From the NCBI RefSeq assembly GCF_000400465.1, contig NW_008806278.1, forward strand, positions 202,592 through 264,591: a DNA stretch of 62,000 nucleotides, in the 5' to 3' direction. How positions within the stretch are numbered: the first letter of the stretch is position 1; each line of letters starts with the position of its first letter. The notes under the pieces were generated by a model, which saw only the letters and a list, made by a program, of their open reading frames with translations, was not told the DNA's origin and searched no databases. The stretch comes from Wallemia ichthyophaga EXF-994 (Eukaryota; Fungi; Basidiomycota). The position numbers and the translations under genes were made by a program. This document shows positions 48,066 through 60,648 of this stretch, piece by piece.

Positions 48066-50939
48066 ATGAGCGTAAATGCAGAAATTCTAGGTTCAGCTGA
48101 GATTATTATAAGCGTGAGGGGTGTTTAAGGCTTTGAAGTCGCTAAATATCCTCAGCAGCATCACAATCAGTCGTCGGCAGATCATCTCGAAAGATTTCAG
48201 GGATTGCTGAGGGATGATCTGAATGGATTAGTTAATTTGAGTGCTCAGGATCATTCTAGACTCTTGAAAGCTATAAATTCGCTCCTTTCGAACAATGTAC
48301 AGGTGAGATACCCGTTACGCGCTCTATGACACATACTAAGATAGCGTAGGGAGACGAGGAGCTCTTGGATATTTGCTTGAGCTTTGGAAGCCCCGGAAAT
48401 AAATTCAGCACCCGCAAGAAAGCCTTAAAGGTGCTCATTCAGCTGTACTCTAAGAAGCCAAAGAAGGAGATAAGCGCGAGGACAGCCCAGATCATAGAAT
48501 GTTTAGTCGACATACCTAAACACGCACCCAGTCTTCTAAGCTTGGCTTTGCATTCACTTCTAGTCGCAATCACGAAGCTTACACTCACTCCTCAACATGT
48601 GCAATCCTTTGTTGAGTTGTTTTTGTCCAACGTCCTTTCGCTGTTACAGAAGGAGGATATTTGCGTAAGGAGATGCCCGTCAATATCTTCTATTCGGTCG
48701 GTTGCGTCAGATAAGAGCGCTGAGATTAGTCATAACTGGCGATCGAAAGACGATCATGCTTCTGATATTGAGGATTTTGACTACAACGATAGATCTTCAA
48801 GGTACGTTTGTTTAGATCAATAATGCCTTATTGACAAAAAGCAGAGATGAAACATCTGATGTCATATTACAAGCCACAATGTGCATTTCACAACTCGCAA
48901 AAGTTAGTCCTTCAATCCAACCCAGCGCTACCTAACATTCCAACGTAGACACACATTAAATTCGTTTTCAATCACATCTTCAAGTTATTTCCAGATACGG
49001 CGCCGCATCTGGCATCACCGTTGACTTTGTGGGATATACTGCAAAGCGATAAGGTCAATAATATCGCCAAAGCGGCGACGATTCATTGCATGGAAGATAT
49101 ACTGCGTTTATCACGTCCATTCTTAATTCAGTCAGCCGATATGAATCAGAAGTCTATGAGCTATACCTCAATGTCTTACAGATTGGGTTTTTTACTTTTG
49201 GAGTCACACAACCGTGCTGCTGATTGTCTTCATGATGAAACAGACGCTGATATACAGTTGGGACTTCTCGACCTTGCTGATTGTTTGCTGAACGTAACAC
49301 CCTACGCTAAGATGACGAGCGAGACACCCAAAAGCCTCTGTAATCAAGTTAAAACAGTGGTGCTCAGCCTATACGACTTAGAAGAGAGCAACAAGACAGC
49401 AGTTTTGCGCGTGTGTATGAGTATGATTGCCACGAATACTTTCAAAGAGGACTTGGACAGCCTAAGAGAAATGAGTTCGTATTTACTCCGCCAAATTTAT
49501 GACAACGTCCTTTCATCCCAAATAAAATTCAAAACAGCCCAAGTTCTCGCTTCGATATGGATATCTTTACCGGATCCTGAACGCAAAGGAAACGTAAAAG
49601 CGCTGTTCAGCAAACTCTTCAACGAAGATAGTATTGAAGCAAAGAGCAGCTCGTTGTTGCTACTATCTCTACACCCCGACATTATTCTAGAGCAAGATGA
49701 ATCGGTGCTCGAGAAATCATATTTATTTAGCAGAGGGGATGTCGCATTTCAACGCAATTTTCTCGTGCTAATGGGTGCTCTATTTAGTGAACATTATCTC
49801 AGTGTAGGTGATGATGCTGGCACGATGCATTTGCTGATGTAGCTTAGTATAAGACATTGAACAGCATGGTTGATTGGGTGATAGAAAGTATCTCAGCGGA
49901 TAATGAGAGCATTAAGCTAGCAGGGCTGTCTGCGATTAGAAAGTCTTTTTTCAATGCTTGTGTGCGCAATGTAAGTAGTAACAGCCATTTCTATACTGCA
50001 AACTAATTTCATAGAACGATGTATATTCGCAAAGACTAGAAAAGGCGTGCGTGGTATGCCTCGGCGAAGCTTTACACGCTGTCAAACAAAATGCTGGGTT
50101 CGCATTAGCAGATTACATGGACGCATTACAACCGTACGTGTGATTAAGGCCACAGAAATTTTTAACCAGTCGCAGAGATGAAATGAATGAAGCACGATGG
50201 CAAAGATTATTCGATATAACCAGCCGAATGGACTTAAAAGATAGAGGCAAGGTAGGACTGATGTCAATGTGAGCATGCTCATCCTAACTACGCCTAGGTT
50301 CAAGTACACGTGTGTCGAGCTTACGGAAGTGTACTTGAAAAGAGTCAGGGATTGCAAGGAAAGAAAGTGAAACAAGCAGAGCAAATGCTATTGGTGCTAA
50401 AAGATGAGCTGAGACCTCACCTTAACTACAAGATCCAATGGAATGCAGCCACGGCCATCGGCAGGGCTTATACCAACAGACATGTGTATGAAATGTGCTC
50501 CAACATCTCAGAACAAGTCGTAAAAGGGCTTGTAGAGTGCGAGTCCAAGTCAAGAAACGTAAAGGTGTGTCGAGTGAGATTTGTGTAGGATTGACTGACA
50601 ATTGTTAGGTAAAAATGAGTTGTAATAATGCATTAAATAGATTCCTTTAGCTTGAGTTCATTTGGCGTCTTGCTTATCTGCCTCATGAGGGAGTGATAGT
50701 CCAAGTTGTCGGTCACCTCCAAGTCGAGCTTCTGGCCATTTTTGTACTCGAGGACCATCTGTGAGTTGACGTCTCTCTTTGTGATATTCACGTTAACTTG
50801 AGTGGAAGCCTACGTCGGTTAGCTTTTGGGTAGTGGTAGCACTATACTAACGCTAGGAGGGACTAAGGAGAGAACGTTTCTGCATAATTTTGAAGAGCTG
50901 TGGAAAGGATTGAACAACAATTTCAAATTGGTGACATAG
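48066..50939 (+). CDS. ARM/HEAT-repeat protein (HEATR6-like), many exons
   Basis: Leu-rich helical exons linked by GT-AG introns. NYKIQWNAATAIG resembles the HEATR6 KVRWNA motif. Boundaries approximate. Confidence 0.5.
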
Positions 50940-50990
50940 CTGAATATCGACATTGGTCTACTCGCAGCTAAGATTCAACAGAGCTTCTCA

Positions 50991-52220
50991 ATGATCGTCC
51001 AACACCTAAAATTCATAATTTTATGTCTGTGTTGGTACTTATCCTCAGCGCTGTCTTCTAATACAGGCAAAGTCATTCTCAATCACCACAGGCTGCCTGT
51101 TAGTCTAACGCTATATCAATTCGGATTCATATCACTATTCACTTATCTAATTACGAAAAGGCCTTTTAAGTTGACAAATCTGAAGCCAATCAACAAGAAT
51201 ATATTTATCAATGTTTCCCCAATGGCGGTGTTCCAGATTGGCGGTCACGTACTCACTTCAATGGCTATCTCTAGAGTACCAGTCAGTACCGTTCATACGA
51301 TCAAAGCACTCTCGCCCCTCTTTACAGTGCTGTCCTACAAATTCTTATTTAAAGTCAACTACTCAACGCAAACGTACTTGAGTTTGCTACCATTAACCAT
51401 TGGAGTTATGCTTGCAATGTCTTTTGATATGTCTTTATTAAACACGCCCGGACTGGTTTATGCTTTGTTATCAACATTTGTCTTCGTCTCTCAGAATATT
51501 TTCAGCAAGAAGTTATTACCTTCGGATACTCAAAAGCACAGCTCGCAGAAGTTGGATAAACTTAACTTGTTATTCTACTCATCTTTGATGGCTTTTACTT
51601 CAATGATTCCACTGTGGTTCTACTCAGATTTTGGGCACGTTCGGAATTTGCTCTTCATTGGATCATCTGTTGATCGCCCAGTTGGATTTAGCTTATGTAT
51701 ACTCTCCAATGGCTTCGTACACTTTATTCAAAATCTCGTTGCATTTGCCATTTTAGCTGCGACTTCCCCAGTGACGTACTCGATTGCATCACTCACGAAA
51801 AGGATCGCGGTGATTTGCCTTGCTATCATCTATTTCAAGCAAAGTGTTCACTTTATACAAATTATTGGTATTGTCATGACAGGCGTTGGGTTGTACTTGT
51901 ACAACAAGTCAAAGCAAGATGTTAACAAAGGTGAAGTTAAAGTTAGGAGGGATGAAGCCTTACGTGACTTTGCATTACCAACGACAAAATCAGATGACAA
52001 GTTTCTTAGCGGTAAAGAAAGCCCTTGGCAGCAATATACCTCCTCTGCAGCATTCTATCCAATCACCAACAATCCAAGCGAGAACGTCATGGAAATGCCA
52101 GCATATACAAACAATCTAGCAAATAACCAAGTAAAATATCGTCAAGATCACGCTTATCCGTCACCGCCTACATCAGTTGATAGCTCACCACCGCAACCTG
52201 CATCGTATATCAATTCATAG
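50991..52220 (+). CDS. Triose-phosphate transporter family protein (Sly41-like)
   Basis: LCWYLSSALSSNTGK, VPVSTVHTIKALSPLF, SQNIFSKK, SPVTYSIASLTKRI. Confidence 0.9.
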   Translation: MIVQHLKFIILCLCWYLSSALSSNTGKVILNHHRLPVSLTLYQFGFISLFTYLITKRPFKLTNLKPINKNIFINVSPMAVFQIGGHVLTSMAISRVPVSTVHTIKALSPLFTVLSYKFLFKVNYSTQTYLSLLPLTIGVMLAMSFDMSLLNTPGLVYALLSTFVFVSQNIFSKKLLPSDTQKHSSQKLDKLNLLFYSSLMAFTSMIPLWFYSDFGHVRNLLFIGSSVDRPVGFSLCILSNGFVHFIQNLVAFAILAATSPVTYSIASLTKRIAVICLAIIYFKQSVHFIQIIGIVMTGVGLYLYNKSKQDVNKGEVKVRRDEALRDFALPTTKSDDKFLSGKESPWQQYTSSAAFYPITNNPSENVMEMPAYTNNLANNQVKYRQDHAYPSPPTSVDSSPPQPASYINS

Positions 52221-52308
52221 ACATTAGCAATAAAACTGAACTTTAGAATGTAATTTGTTGTTTAAAAGTATTTAGTTCTAATTTGATACCATCCTTTTCC
52301 ACTAAACA

Positions 52309-54160
52309 ATGAACACAGATGGCTGGTGGGAATGCAGCTAACACGCTAAATTTGAATACTTATTTTCCATAGGCCTGATTTGGAGGTAGAAGACAAGGCT
52401 CCAACGCGTCTGACATCAAAGTACGATAATCTTGATCAGCTATCGTCTGCATTCAATGTAAAGCACACCACACAATCGTATCAAGCACAATTTGCATCTC
52501 TCTATTATCTCAGACTGGCTAAGCTTAAGAAGCTTACGCAGAATAGATCTATCAACAAGTGGAACGAAATTCCAGGTGAGGTGGTTGATTAGCCTGAATA
52601 TATGAGAATCCTGACAGACAGCGCGTGATTTAGGTCAATCACAAAAGCCAAAATTCCACAGTAGAGTGTTAGACGTTGAACAGAACAAACTGTCGTATCT
52701 TGTCGGTACTATCTATATGGATATGAAGTTGAAACCCAACGTTTTGGATGATCTTGCTCGTAACGTGGGTTTATTTGGTAGAAAAAGCACAATATTCTTA
52801 ACAATACTTAGCATTGGGTGGCAGCACCTCAGCCGACAGAGAAAATGTACAGCGATAACGACGAATTGTGTCTGGAGGATGAAAGCGGTAGAATCAAGTT
52901 GGTTGGACCAATTATTGCAAGAACACAACTAGTCACAGGTACGATGCTGTTGATATGTTCAATCATTCGCTTATCTTGATCTTAGGTATCATCATCGGTG
53001 TTTTGGGGATTGAAAAGGATCCAGGAGAATTCACCGTGTTGGATGTGTGTTACCCAGGAATACCACCGCAAGCAACCAACATAACATCAATGGATAGCGA
53101 TAAATCACCCCTAGTTGCCGTCGTCTCGGGTCTTCGACTGGGATCGCAAGGAGCGAATGATGCGTTGACACGCAGAATGCTTATCGACTTCATTACCGGA
53201 CAACAAGGAGGATCAACTGACCAAAGCTTGTCATCTAGAATCACGCGTTTGGTTATTGCTGGTAACTGCATGAGTCCACCTATTGCAGATGAAGACAAGA
53301 AACCAAAACGATTCGGAAAAGATCGAGCAACGTACTCATCTTTACCTTCTACAGACTTTGATAGATTTTTGGTTGAATTGTCAAATTACGTAGACATTGA
53401 CATTTTACCAGGACCTGACGATCCTGCGGGTACTCTATTGCCTCAGCAGCCCTTCCCTAAAGCCATGTTTAAAGGTGCACATGATAACTTTGAGCAGGGT
53501 TCGGTGGTTTGTCATACTAATCCAACATGGTTTTCGATAGATGAGACAAGGTGAGATGGTCGATGGTCAATGGTCGATGTGTATGATCATATAGGCTGAC
53601 AGATAAAACAGAATACTGGTTTCAGGTGGCCAGACGCTAGATGACTCGTTCAAGTATGTCAAAAGTCATGATAGGCTTGGTTTGGCAGTTGACAGTTTGA
53701 AATGGCGTCATATTGCCCCTACGGCGCCAGATACACTTTGTGAGATGATTGTTGCTGCACATGATTATGACTAAAAGTTAATTAGGGTGCTACCCGTTCA
53801 CTGACAAGGATCCCTTCATATTAAGTGAATGCCCGCATATTTTCATCAACGGAAATCAGAAGGAATTCGAAACGGAGCTAATAGATGGTGTGTTTGTGAT
53901 GTTTATCGAGGGTAAAATATTAACCAGGCATCAATCTAGGTCCAGAAGGACAGCAAGCGCGTGTGGTAAATATACCGCAATTCACAGATAAAAGCGTGAT
54001 TGCCCTCGTAAATTTGGATACTTTGGATTGTGAACCAGTTACATTCATTCCAGACGCAGCCTTAGACGGCGAAGAGGAACCGTTGAACGGGGTTGCGAAG
54101 AAAGAGGGAAAAGAGGAAGAGGAGGACTTGATACCAAATGATGATATCGGCGAGCTGTAA
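52309..54160 (+). CDS. POL31: DNA polymerase delta small subunit (multi-exon)
   Basis: QFASLYYLRLAKL, LEDESGRIKL, PGPDDPAGTLLPQQP, TNPTWF, HIAPTAPDTL, PHIFINGNQ. Confidence 0.93.
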
Positions 54161-54757
54161 TTAATTATTCCATTGAACCCTGAAAGGCCGTGCGTATATG
54201 TCTCACATCATTTATGACCCTGTCTTGAAAACGCGCACAGACTCTTCTATGGTACCTAGATGCAGCGTTCCTAGCCTTAAATTTGTGACATGAGTGATTA
54301 TAAAGGCATGCAAAATGAATAACAAGATATTTCAAGAAGGAATATTTTTGGATGTGTTGGTTTTTGAGATGTGTTAATTTAAATTGTCTCTCATTTCACC
54401 CAAGACACAGCCAATCGGATGAAATTTTGTGTAAACAGCGGTAGAAGAGACAATGCAAGAGGAACCCAGGATATATATTATTACTGCACAATTGTTTGTG
54501 TGTAGCCTTTATCATGCTCTTACAGCTGTCATTTCTGTCATTGTAGTTGATCCAGTTATTTTGGGACCTGGTTTCCCGTAGTTTGGTCCAGAAGGTTCAC
54601 GCGGTATTATAAAATGTGACTGTCTGTTCTTTGTCCTCTACCTTTAAAGTCATCGCCTGGTGCGCCAAACGTAAGTATCACAGCAGCAGCAGCAGCTAAG
54701 CTAAATCTAACTCCCGCTATAGTCATTCGTTACTAAACACCACATTCGCTAATCACA

Positions 54758-55930
54758 ATGCACTCGAAGATCTTGCTTGCTACTCTCGCCCTTGTCTCAA
54801 CCACATTAGCTGGTAACCACAACGGTGACTTCGCTGCTAGACGTCGTCATCACGTCGGAAAGCGTGACTGGCACCACCATGGTGACCATCACGGAGACCA
54901 TCACGGAGACCATCACGGAAACCATCACGGAGACCACCAGGGTCACCATCACCGCGAAGATCACCACGGCCACCACTGGGATCATGATTGGGATAATCAA
55001 AATGGTGGTAGTCAAGACAACAGCTCCGGTGACTCTACTGCTACTACGACTTCAAGCTGGTCAGCGCCTAGTGCAACCACCTCATCTACACCATCGTCAA
55101 ACACTGGCGGTGCTGTCACTACTTCAACAAACTCGCCAGCGGCTAGTCCAACTACCACGTCTTCAGGCAACTCAGACAGCACTACTAGCGGCACCGAGAA
55201 AGCTGGTCTCGCTTGGCCAAATGGTAACGCAAATGACATCAGTAAATGGTCAAAGGGTAACATAGGCTGGTACTATACCTGGAGTCCATGGCCAGTAGAC
55301 TCAGCTGGTGATCTCGACTTCTACCCTCAACTCTGGGGTCAAAAGCAAGTTTCAACCTGGAACCAACAAAAGAGTAAATTCGCTGAGTGGGGTACTACCC
55401 ACATTCTCGGTTTCAACGAGCCAAACGAAGTGGGTCAAGCAAACATGAACCCAGCTGATGCTGCCAGTTTATGGAACCAAGAGATTGCACAATATCAAGG
55501 TCAATACACGCTCATCTCGCCAGCATGCACTTCTCGCGTTGGAGATTCAGCATCTGGCAGTGACGGTATCAAGTGGTTGCAAGAATTCCAACAAAACGGT
55601 GCAAGCTTCGACGCTGTTGCTGTCCACATCTATGATACTGATTACGAGAGTGTTATCAGCACTCTTCAAAAGTTCCACGATACTTTCCAACTCCCCGTCT
55701 ACTTGACTGAGTACGCTTGCCAGAATTTTGCTGGTGGCGCTCAATGTTCGGAAAGCGAAGTCTGGCAAATGATGGAAAAGACATCTAGCTGGATGGACGA
55801 GCAAGAGTGGATGCACGGTTACTCTTGGTTTGGTGTAATGGAGAACATGCAAGGCGTCAACCAATTGAATCAATTATTGTCCAACGATTCACCAACTGAA
55901 TTGGGATCTTACTACATTCAATCATCATAG
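54758..55930 (+). CDS. Secreted GH128 beta-1,3-glucanase-like protein with His-rich and Ser/Thr-rich N-terminal regions
   Basis: Signal peptide, KR site, HHGD repeats, S/T linker, then KAGLAW, WYYTWSP, ILGFNEPN, AVHIY and VYLTEYA. Confidence 0.88.
   Translation: MHSKILLATLALVSTTLAGNHNGDFAARRRHHVGKRDWHHHGDHHGDHHGDHHGNHHGDHQGHHHREDHHGHHWDHDWDNQNGGSQDNSSGDSTATTTSSWSAPSATTSSTPSSNTGGAVTTSTNSPAASPTTTSSGNSDSTTSGTEKAGLAWPNGNANDISKWSKGNIGWYYTWSPWPVDSAGDLDFYPQLWGQKQVSTWNQQKSKFAEWGTTHILGFNEPNEVGQANMNPADAASLWNQEIAQYQGQYTLISPACTSRVGDSASGSDGIKWLQEFQQNGASFDAVAVHIYDTDYESVISTLQKFHDTFQLPVYLTEYACQNFAGGAQCSESEVWQMMEKTSSWMDEQEWMHGYSWFGVMENMQGVNQLNQLLSNDSPTELGSYYIQSS
54875..54934 (+). repeat. Coding 12-bp tandem repeat (CATCACGGAGAC, about 5 units) encoding HHGD
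   Basis: Units visible at 54875, 54887, 54899, 54911 and 54923. Confidence 0.92.
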
Positions 55931-56194
55931 AGTATTGAGTGCTCTACAGATGCAGGTCGTCTGAAACAAGAATTATAACAGGCTTATAATATTTTGTATT
56001 TACTATGCAATGCTCGCATTTCAAATATTAAGCAATGTGCTCTGTGATGTCACGTGATATTTACTACTGGATTTTGCTTGTAATATTAAGAATATAAGCG
56101 CCTGTAAATCATCGATCGGGTACCTGATACATATGAGCTATTCATCCGTAACTTTCTCCACTACCACCACCACCACTACCATCGAAAAGATAAC

Positions 56195-57719
56195 ATGTCT
56201 AGAATACCGCCCATACCCGGTCAGATATTAACATCGCCGGAACAATGCCATTCATTAAAAAGCTTGGTGCAGGAACTTTGCCAGACGAGATCGAAATCGT
56301 ACGTCGATTCTCAAGTTGAAGACGCAGAGCCTATCTGACTATCAATACACAGTTTTCCTGGATCACAGCCAGTGTCTTTTGGTTGGAAATCACTGCAAGC
56401 GTTGGAAAGAGAAGAGTGGGTCGCATCAAAAGCTCGCGTATAAGCTCACAGACAATCGTTAAAGCTACTGGGTCTGTGAGAAATCTGATGGCGTGCGGTG
56501 TCTACTACTTATCCTGACGAATGGCACAACCAATGAGCAAGAGACGTACTTCGTTAGTCGTCACTCTATACCAACTCGATTTAACCTGACAATGAGTATC
56601 TAAGATAGACAGGAAGAATGTTTATAGACGGATTCGCGGGCTTTACTTCCCAAATTATAAAGATAGCACTTTGCTTACACCTGCTAATAAAACTCTCATT
56701 GATGGCGAATTGGTTATCGACCACGATAAGAAATCTGGCAAGGTAAGCAGGGCCTATCAGTAGCCTCTAAGTAATTTAAGCTAGTTTAGGATAAATTGAG
56801 ATACTTGGTGTTCGATCTGTTGGTGCTCGAAACCGAAGACATTTACAATATGAGATTGGGCTCCAGATATGGTGTGAGTGAACTGTAATAGAAGTGCTTC
56901 ACCTCGACTCATAATTTACAGAGACTGAGATCATGGGTCGTTGAGCCATTTCTGAAGTCACTGGCTAAGAGGGGCAATCCATCTCAGCCATTGGAGTGAG
57001 TTGATATCCCAGCACGCAATCCATATCTCATATGATTATTAGAATCAAGTTGAAGGTAATGGATCTTGCATACGCTATCGACCACGTCTTCAAAACACAC
57101 ATACCAAATCTCCAACATGGCAACGATGGATTAATTTTCACGTGTGTTGAGAGTGGATACGTATTTGGGACTGACTCAAGAATGTGAGCGTTTCAGAAAT
57201 AATTTCATCTTTATGCTGACGTCTATCAGCATCAAGTGGAAAGATCCAAGCGAGAATAGCATTGATTTCAGGATATCGCTGAGGTTCTCAGCGAGTGACG
57301 ACAATACAAATACATGCGACTTTGCAAAGAAACCGCTGTGCGAGCTTCAACAATGGGAAGGTGGTAAACTCTACAATTGGTTTGACAACTGGGATATCTC
57401 AGAAGAAGAGTGGCAAAACTTCCTCAAGGACGGTATAGACTTACACAATAAGATAGCCGAGTTTAGTTGGATGAAAAATGAGGAGAATTGGAGATTTCTG
57501 CGATTTCGAGATGATAAGAATGACGCCAATCATTCGACCGTCGTTGAAAAAGTCACTGAATCAATTGAAGATGGCGTTGAAGCGCACCAGTTGATAAGAA
57601 AGTCTAGTCGTATACGATCAGAATGGAAATCACGAGCGCAGCGGCGAGGTATTGGCATGCCTGTACATTCAAAGTCGCCGCCTCAAAGTACAGCTCAGCC
57701 CTACAAGCTAAATACATAA
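56195..57719 (+). CDS. CEG1: mRNA capping enzyme, guanylyltransferase (multi-exon)
   Basis: FPGSQPVSF, WVCEKSDGVR (KxDG), IDGELV, YLVFDLL, HGNDGLIFT, KWKDPSENSIDF, WRFLRFRDDKNDAN. Confidence 0.93.
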
Positions 57720-57916
57720 GAAAGAACTTTTGTTGTAGTAAAGAGTTTATAAATTCACCTGATTAGACAGAGGAACTTATTTGACAGCGAAAACCGTAGA
57801 TAGCGGCAGAGTGCGACTTGGGCAGTATTGCGGCATGTGGCAGCTCTGTGTGCTTTTCTAAAAATGATATAACCAATGTTGATATTAGTGTTGGTATTAT
57901 TATTAGTATCAGTGTT

Positions 57917-58020
57917 AGTGTCAGTGTTTAAAGATGAGATCATTAGGATCATCTGCGCTGTTGCCTTGACTCAGATCATTTTGCTGATTGCCATTGTCTT
58001 GCCTGAAATCATCAATTCGA
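57917..58020 (-). ncRNA. Candidate box C/D snoRNA in an unassigned multi-exon unit
   Basis: TGATGA...CTGA...GATGAT...CTGA spanning 94 nt; no target identified and no clear terminal stem. Confidence 0.3.
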
Positions 58021-58749
58021 TTTTGCTCCAGTCTATGCTTTGACTTCAGTCGTCTACGGACTGCCTTGTCTTGGTGGTTGAGGTTAGATAGACCAAGTAA
58101 TATTAGCAAACTTACTAGGGATATCGCTCAAAGCGGACATTAAATGGACTTCCTGGTTTTATCGAAGGTTAAAGAGAGTCGAGCGAGTGAGATAAAGCTT
58201 ACTGGGAGTAGCGCAGGCTATTTACAGGGAAAGGGTTATACCCGCCTTACTATGGCCCTAAGACAGCAAACCGCAAGGAAAAGAGAAAAGAAGTGTGGTA
58301 CCCTTAAATACCGCAGCGGCGACCGAGAATCACGTGGCTCGCGCCTTGTGTTTGTTGTGTTTCACGAACCCGGCTACCCTCGTTCCTAGCCACGCAGCTA
58401 ACGGCGTACACTTGGTAATTTACTGTGCATCTGAGCACTTTAATCCATTCGTGTAAATCAATCTGCTGTAAGTATCTGATAGTACTGAAAAAGTCTATAC
58501 AAAATGCCTTGTCATCCCAAACACATCTTGAAGTCATCAGATAAGTAGATGTCAAGGGTGGCCGAGTTAATCGATAACATAAAATTGCAGAAATAAATTA
58601 TCAGGAATATAAGGCTTCTAAATGGATCACGCTTGCTTCGCTTGTCTACTTTACGCTATAGCGTAATCATCAGCAATATTAAAACAAGAAATATTAATGT
58701 AGTCATTACACCCCAAAATATTATCACCAAATGTTTAAATAACATTTAT

Positions 58750-60614
58750 TTATTCCTTAGTGGATGGTGTGAAGGTTGAGTGACCATGACCACCAAAAAT
58801 GCCACCCTTTCAGGCCTTTTCAACCTTATTTTCGGCCTTGTCAGCTTTGTCTTTCTTTCCTTTCTTCTTGCCAGCTTCAGCGACCAGCCTATTTCGAGTT
58901 AGAAAAGACTTCGTATTGATCGGTAGCCTACCTCTCTAGCTCGCGACGCTCTTCGTCGCTTTCATCAGGCTTGACACCCTTGAAGATTGCTCCTATAATG
59001 ATCATACCCTATGACAGGTTGTCAGTTGATTCAACTAAAATTTATTTGTGTACCTTTGCTCGAAGAAGAGAAGTATTTTCTGAAATTTGAGGATCATTCA
59101 AGACTCGCTCGCTCACCTCACGAAGAACCCCGTTGGCTTCAAAACGAGCAACTCGCCAGGAAATGAGCAGAATCTATGAGCTACCTTAGCGATGTTCGAA
59201 ACATGAAATTAAGACATACCTTGGCAGTAACATCCATACCGAGAGCTTCGGCTTCATTTTCTGGCACCTCACCAGATTCTTGACGCTTGTTCATTTCTTC
59301 GATAGCTACTTGTGCGCCATGACTGAGAGTTGCTAAATCAAAGCACATAAATAAGCATTCTACTCACGCACTACCAAGCAGTCCCCAACCTTCCTTTAGA
59401 ATGGAGCCCTTTTCCTTAACGCGACCAAAGAAGCCACTCAATCCTAAGAAGCCCTTGCGACTCTTGATGTGGTTTTGACCTTTGGTCAAATAAACGCCAC
59501 CAATGGTATGCAGGAGCTGGTGGAGTATAAGAGATATCAAAAAGGACAATAAACACACACCTCGATACCGAAAGACTCTAACTTTAAGTCCTCGGCTTCC
59601 CTCTTAATACCATCTTGGAATCTCTTGGTTTCAGGATCATTCTCAGATCCAGGATTGCGAGCTTCAACGAATACTCTCAGTCTGTCTTTCATGCACTCTG
59701 TAAGGTATTTCACTCTCTGTGAATAATTATGATGAGAATGTAATCTTCAACAGTAAACATCGAACACACCTCTTCCTTCTCTTTTTCAGTTTGTGCCTCG
59801 TGTTCCTTCAACTTGACCTTTTGTTCATCTGTGAGCTTCTTGTGCTCGTCTGCAATCTTCTGGTGCTTCGCCTTCTCTTCTTCAGAAGCATCTGGATGAG
59901 GTGGAGCTAAAATATCGGCATGTGCACCTTCACCGATAGATTGTTGCTGAGGAGCGGGTGGAGCAGATGGTTTGGAACCATCTTTGTTATGAGCACCGAC
60001 ACTTCCGCGAAGCTCGGCTTCCTCTTCTGCTCTTAGTGATGCCTTCTCTTCTTCTGTCATTGTCACCTAATCGATTGTGAAAATCAGACGCGTCCGGAGG
60101 TATAAACAAAGACACACACCTCAGCGCGACCAGCGAGATCTTTGACGAGGGAGAAGTCACCAATCTGAATAACATGAACTTAGGATCAACGCGTCTAAGC
60201 TTTACGCACGTAGTCTTTGAATGCCTCGCCACCAAACATCTGACCGAAAAGAGCTTCAGGATCTAAGCTGTCTGCATTAGCAGCACCTGATTCCTTCTTG
60301 CCATTCTTATCGTACCAGGCTCTCTCGTGTGGGTCTTTTAGGATAGAGTAAGCCTCACCGATCTTCTGGAATTTCTCTTCAGCGCCAGGGGATTGGTTCT
60401 GGTTTGTAAAGTTGAGTGTATGTGGTAGAGAGCGAGCAAGCGTATACCTTGTCTGGGTGCCATTGGATTGCAGCCTTCCTGTAAGCCTTCTTACTGAGAT
60501 ATTGATCGACTAAGCATGGCGCAGAGGAAAGGGGAAAATCTACACGCACAGCTCTAAATCTGTAGCCTCAGGCTTGACACTGAGTAAATCGTAATATTCC
60601 GTGTCTTTCACCAT
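58750..60614 (-). CDS. DJP1: J-domain protein with DnaJ-X domain (Djp1/Caj1-like), multi-exon
   Basis: MVKDTEYYDLLSVKPEA...KKAYRKAAIQWHPDK, and IKREAEDLKLESFGIELLHTIGGVY. Confidence 0.88.
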
Positions 60615-60648
60615 CGTGGCTGCGATTGAAGCGGGTTGATCGCCAACG

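Noticed and set aside
54806-55265. Alternative-frame and antisense ORFs with ITET or VMVS repeats
   Set aside because: Shadows of the 12-bp HHGD repeat in the GH128 gene.
57860-57925. Degenerate 6-mer repeat (tagtgt/cagtgt) as a CRISPR or satellite array
   Set aside because: A short low-complexity tract with no repeat-spacer structure, in a eukaryotic context.
58215-58262. Telomerase RNA template (TAACCCT on the - strand) and nearby TTAGGG
   Set aside because: Only a 7-nt match, shorter than the 1.5 repeats expected and likely by chance.
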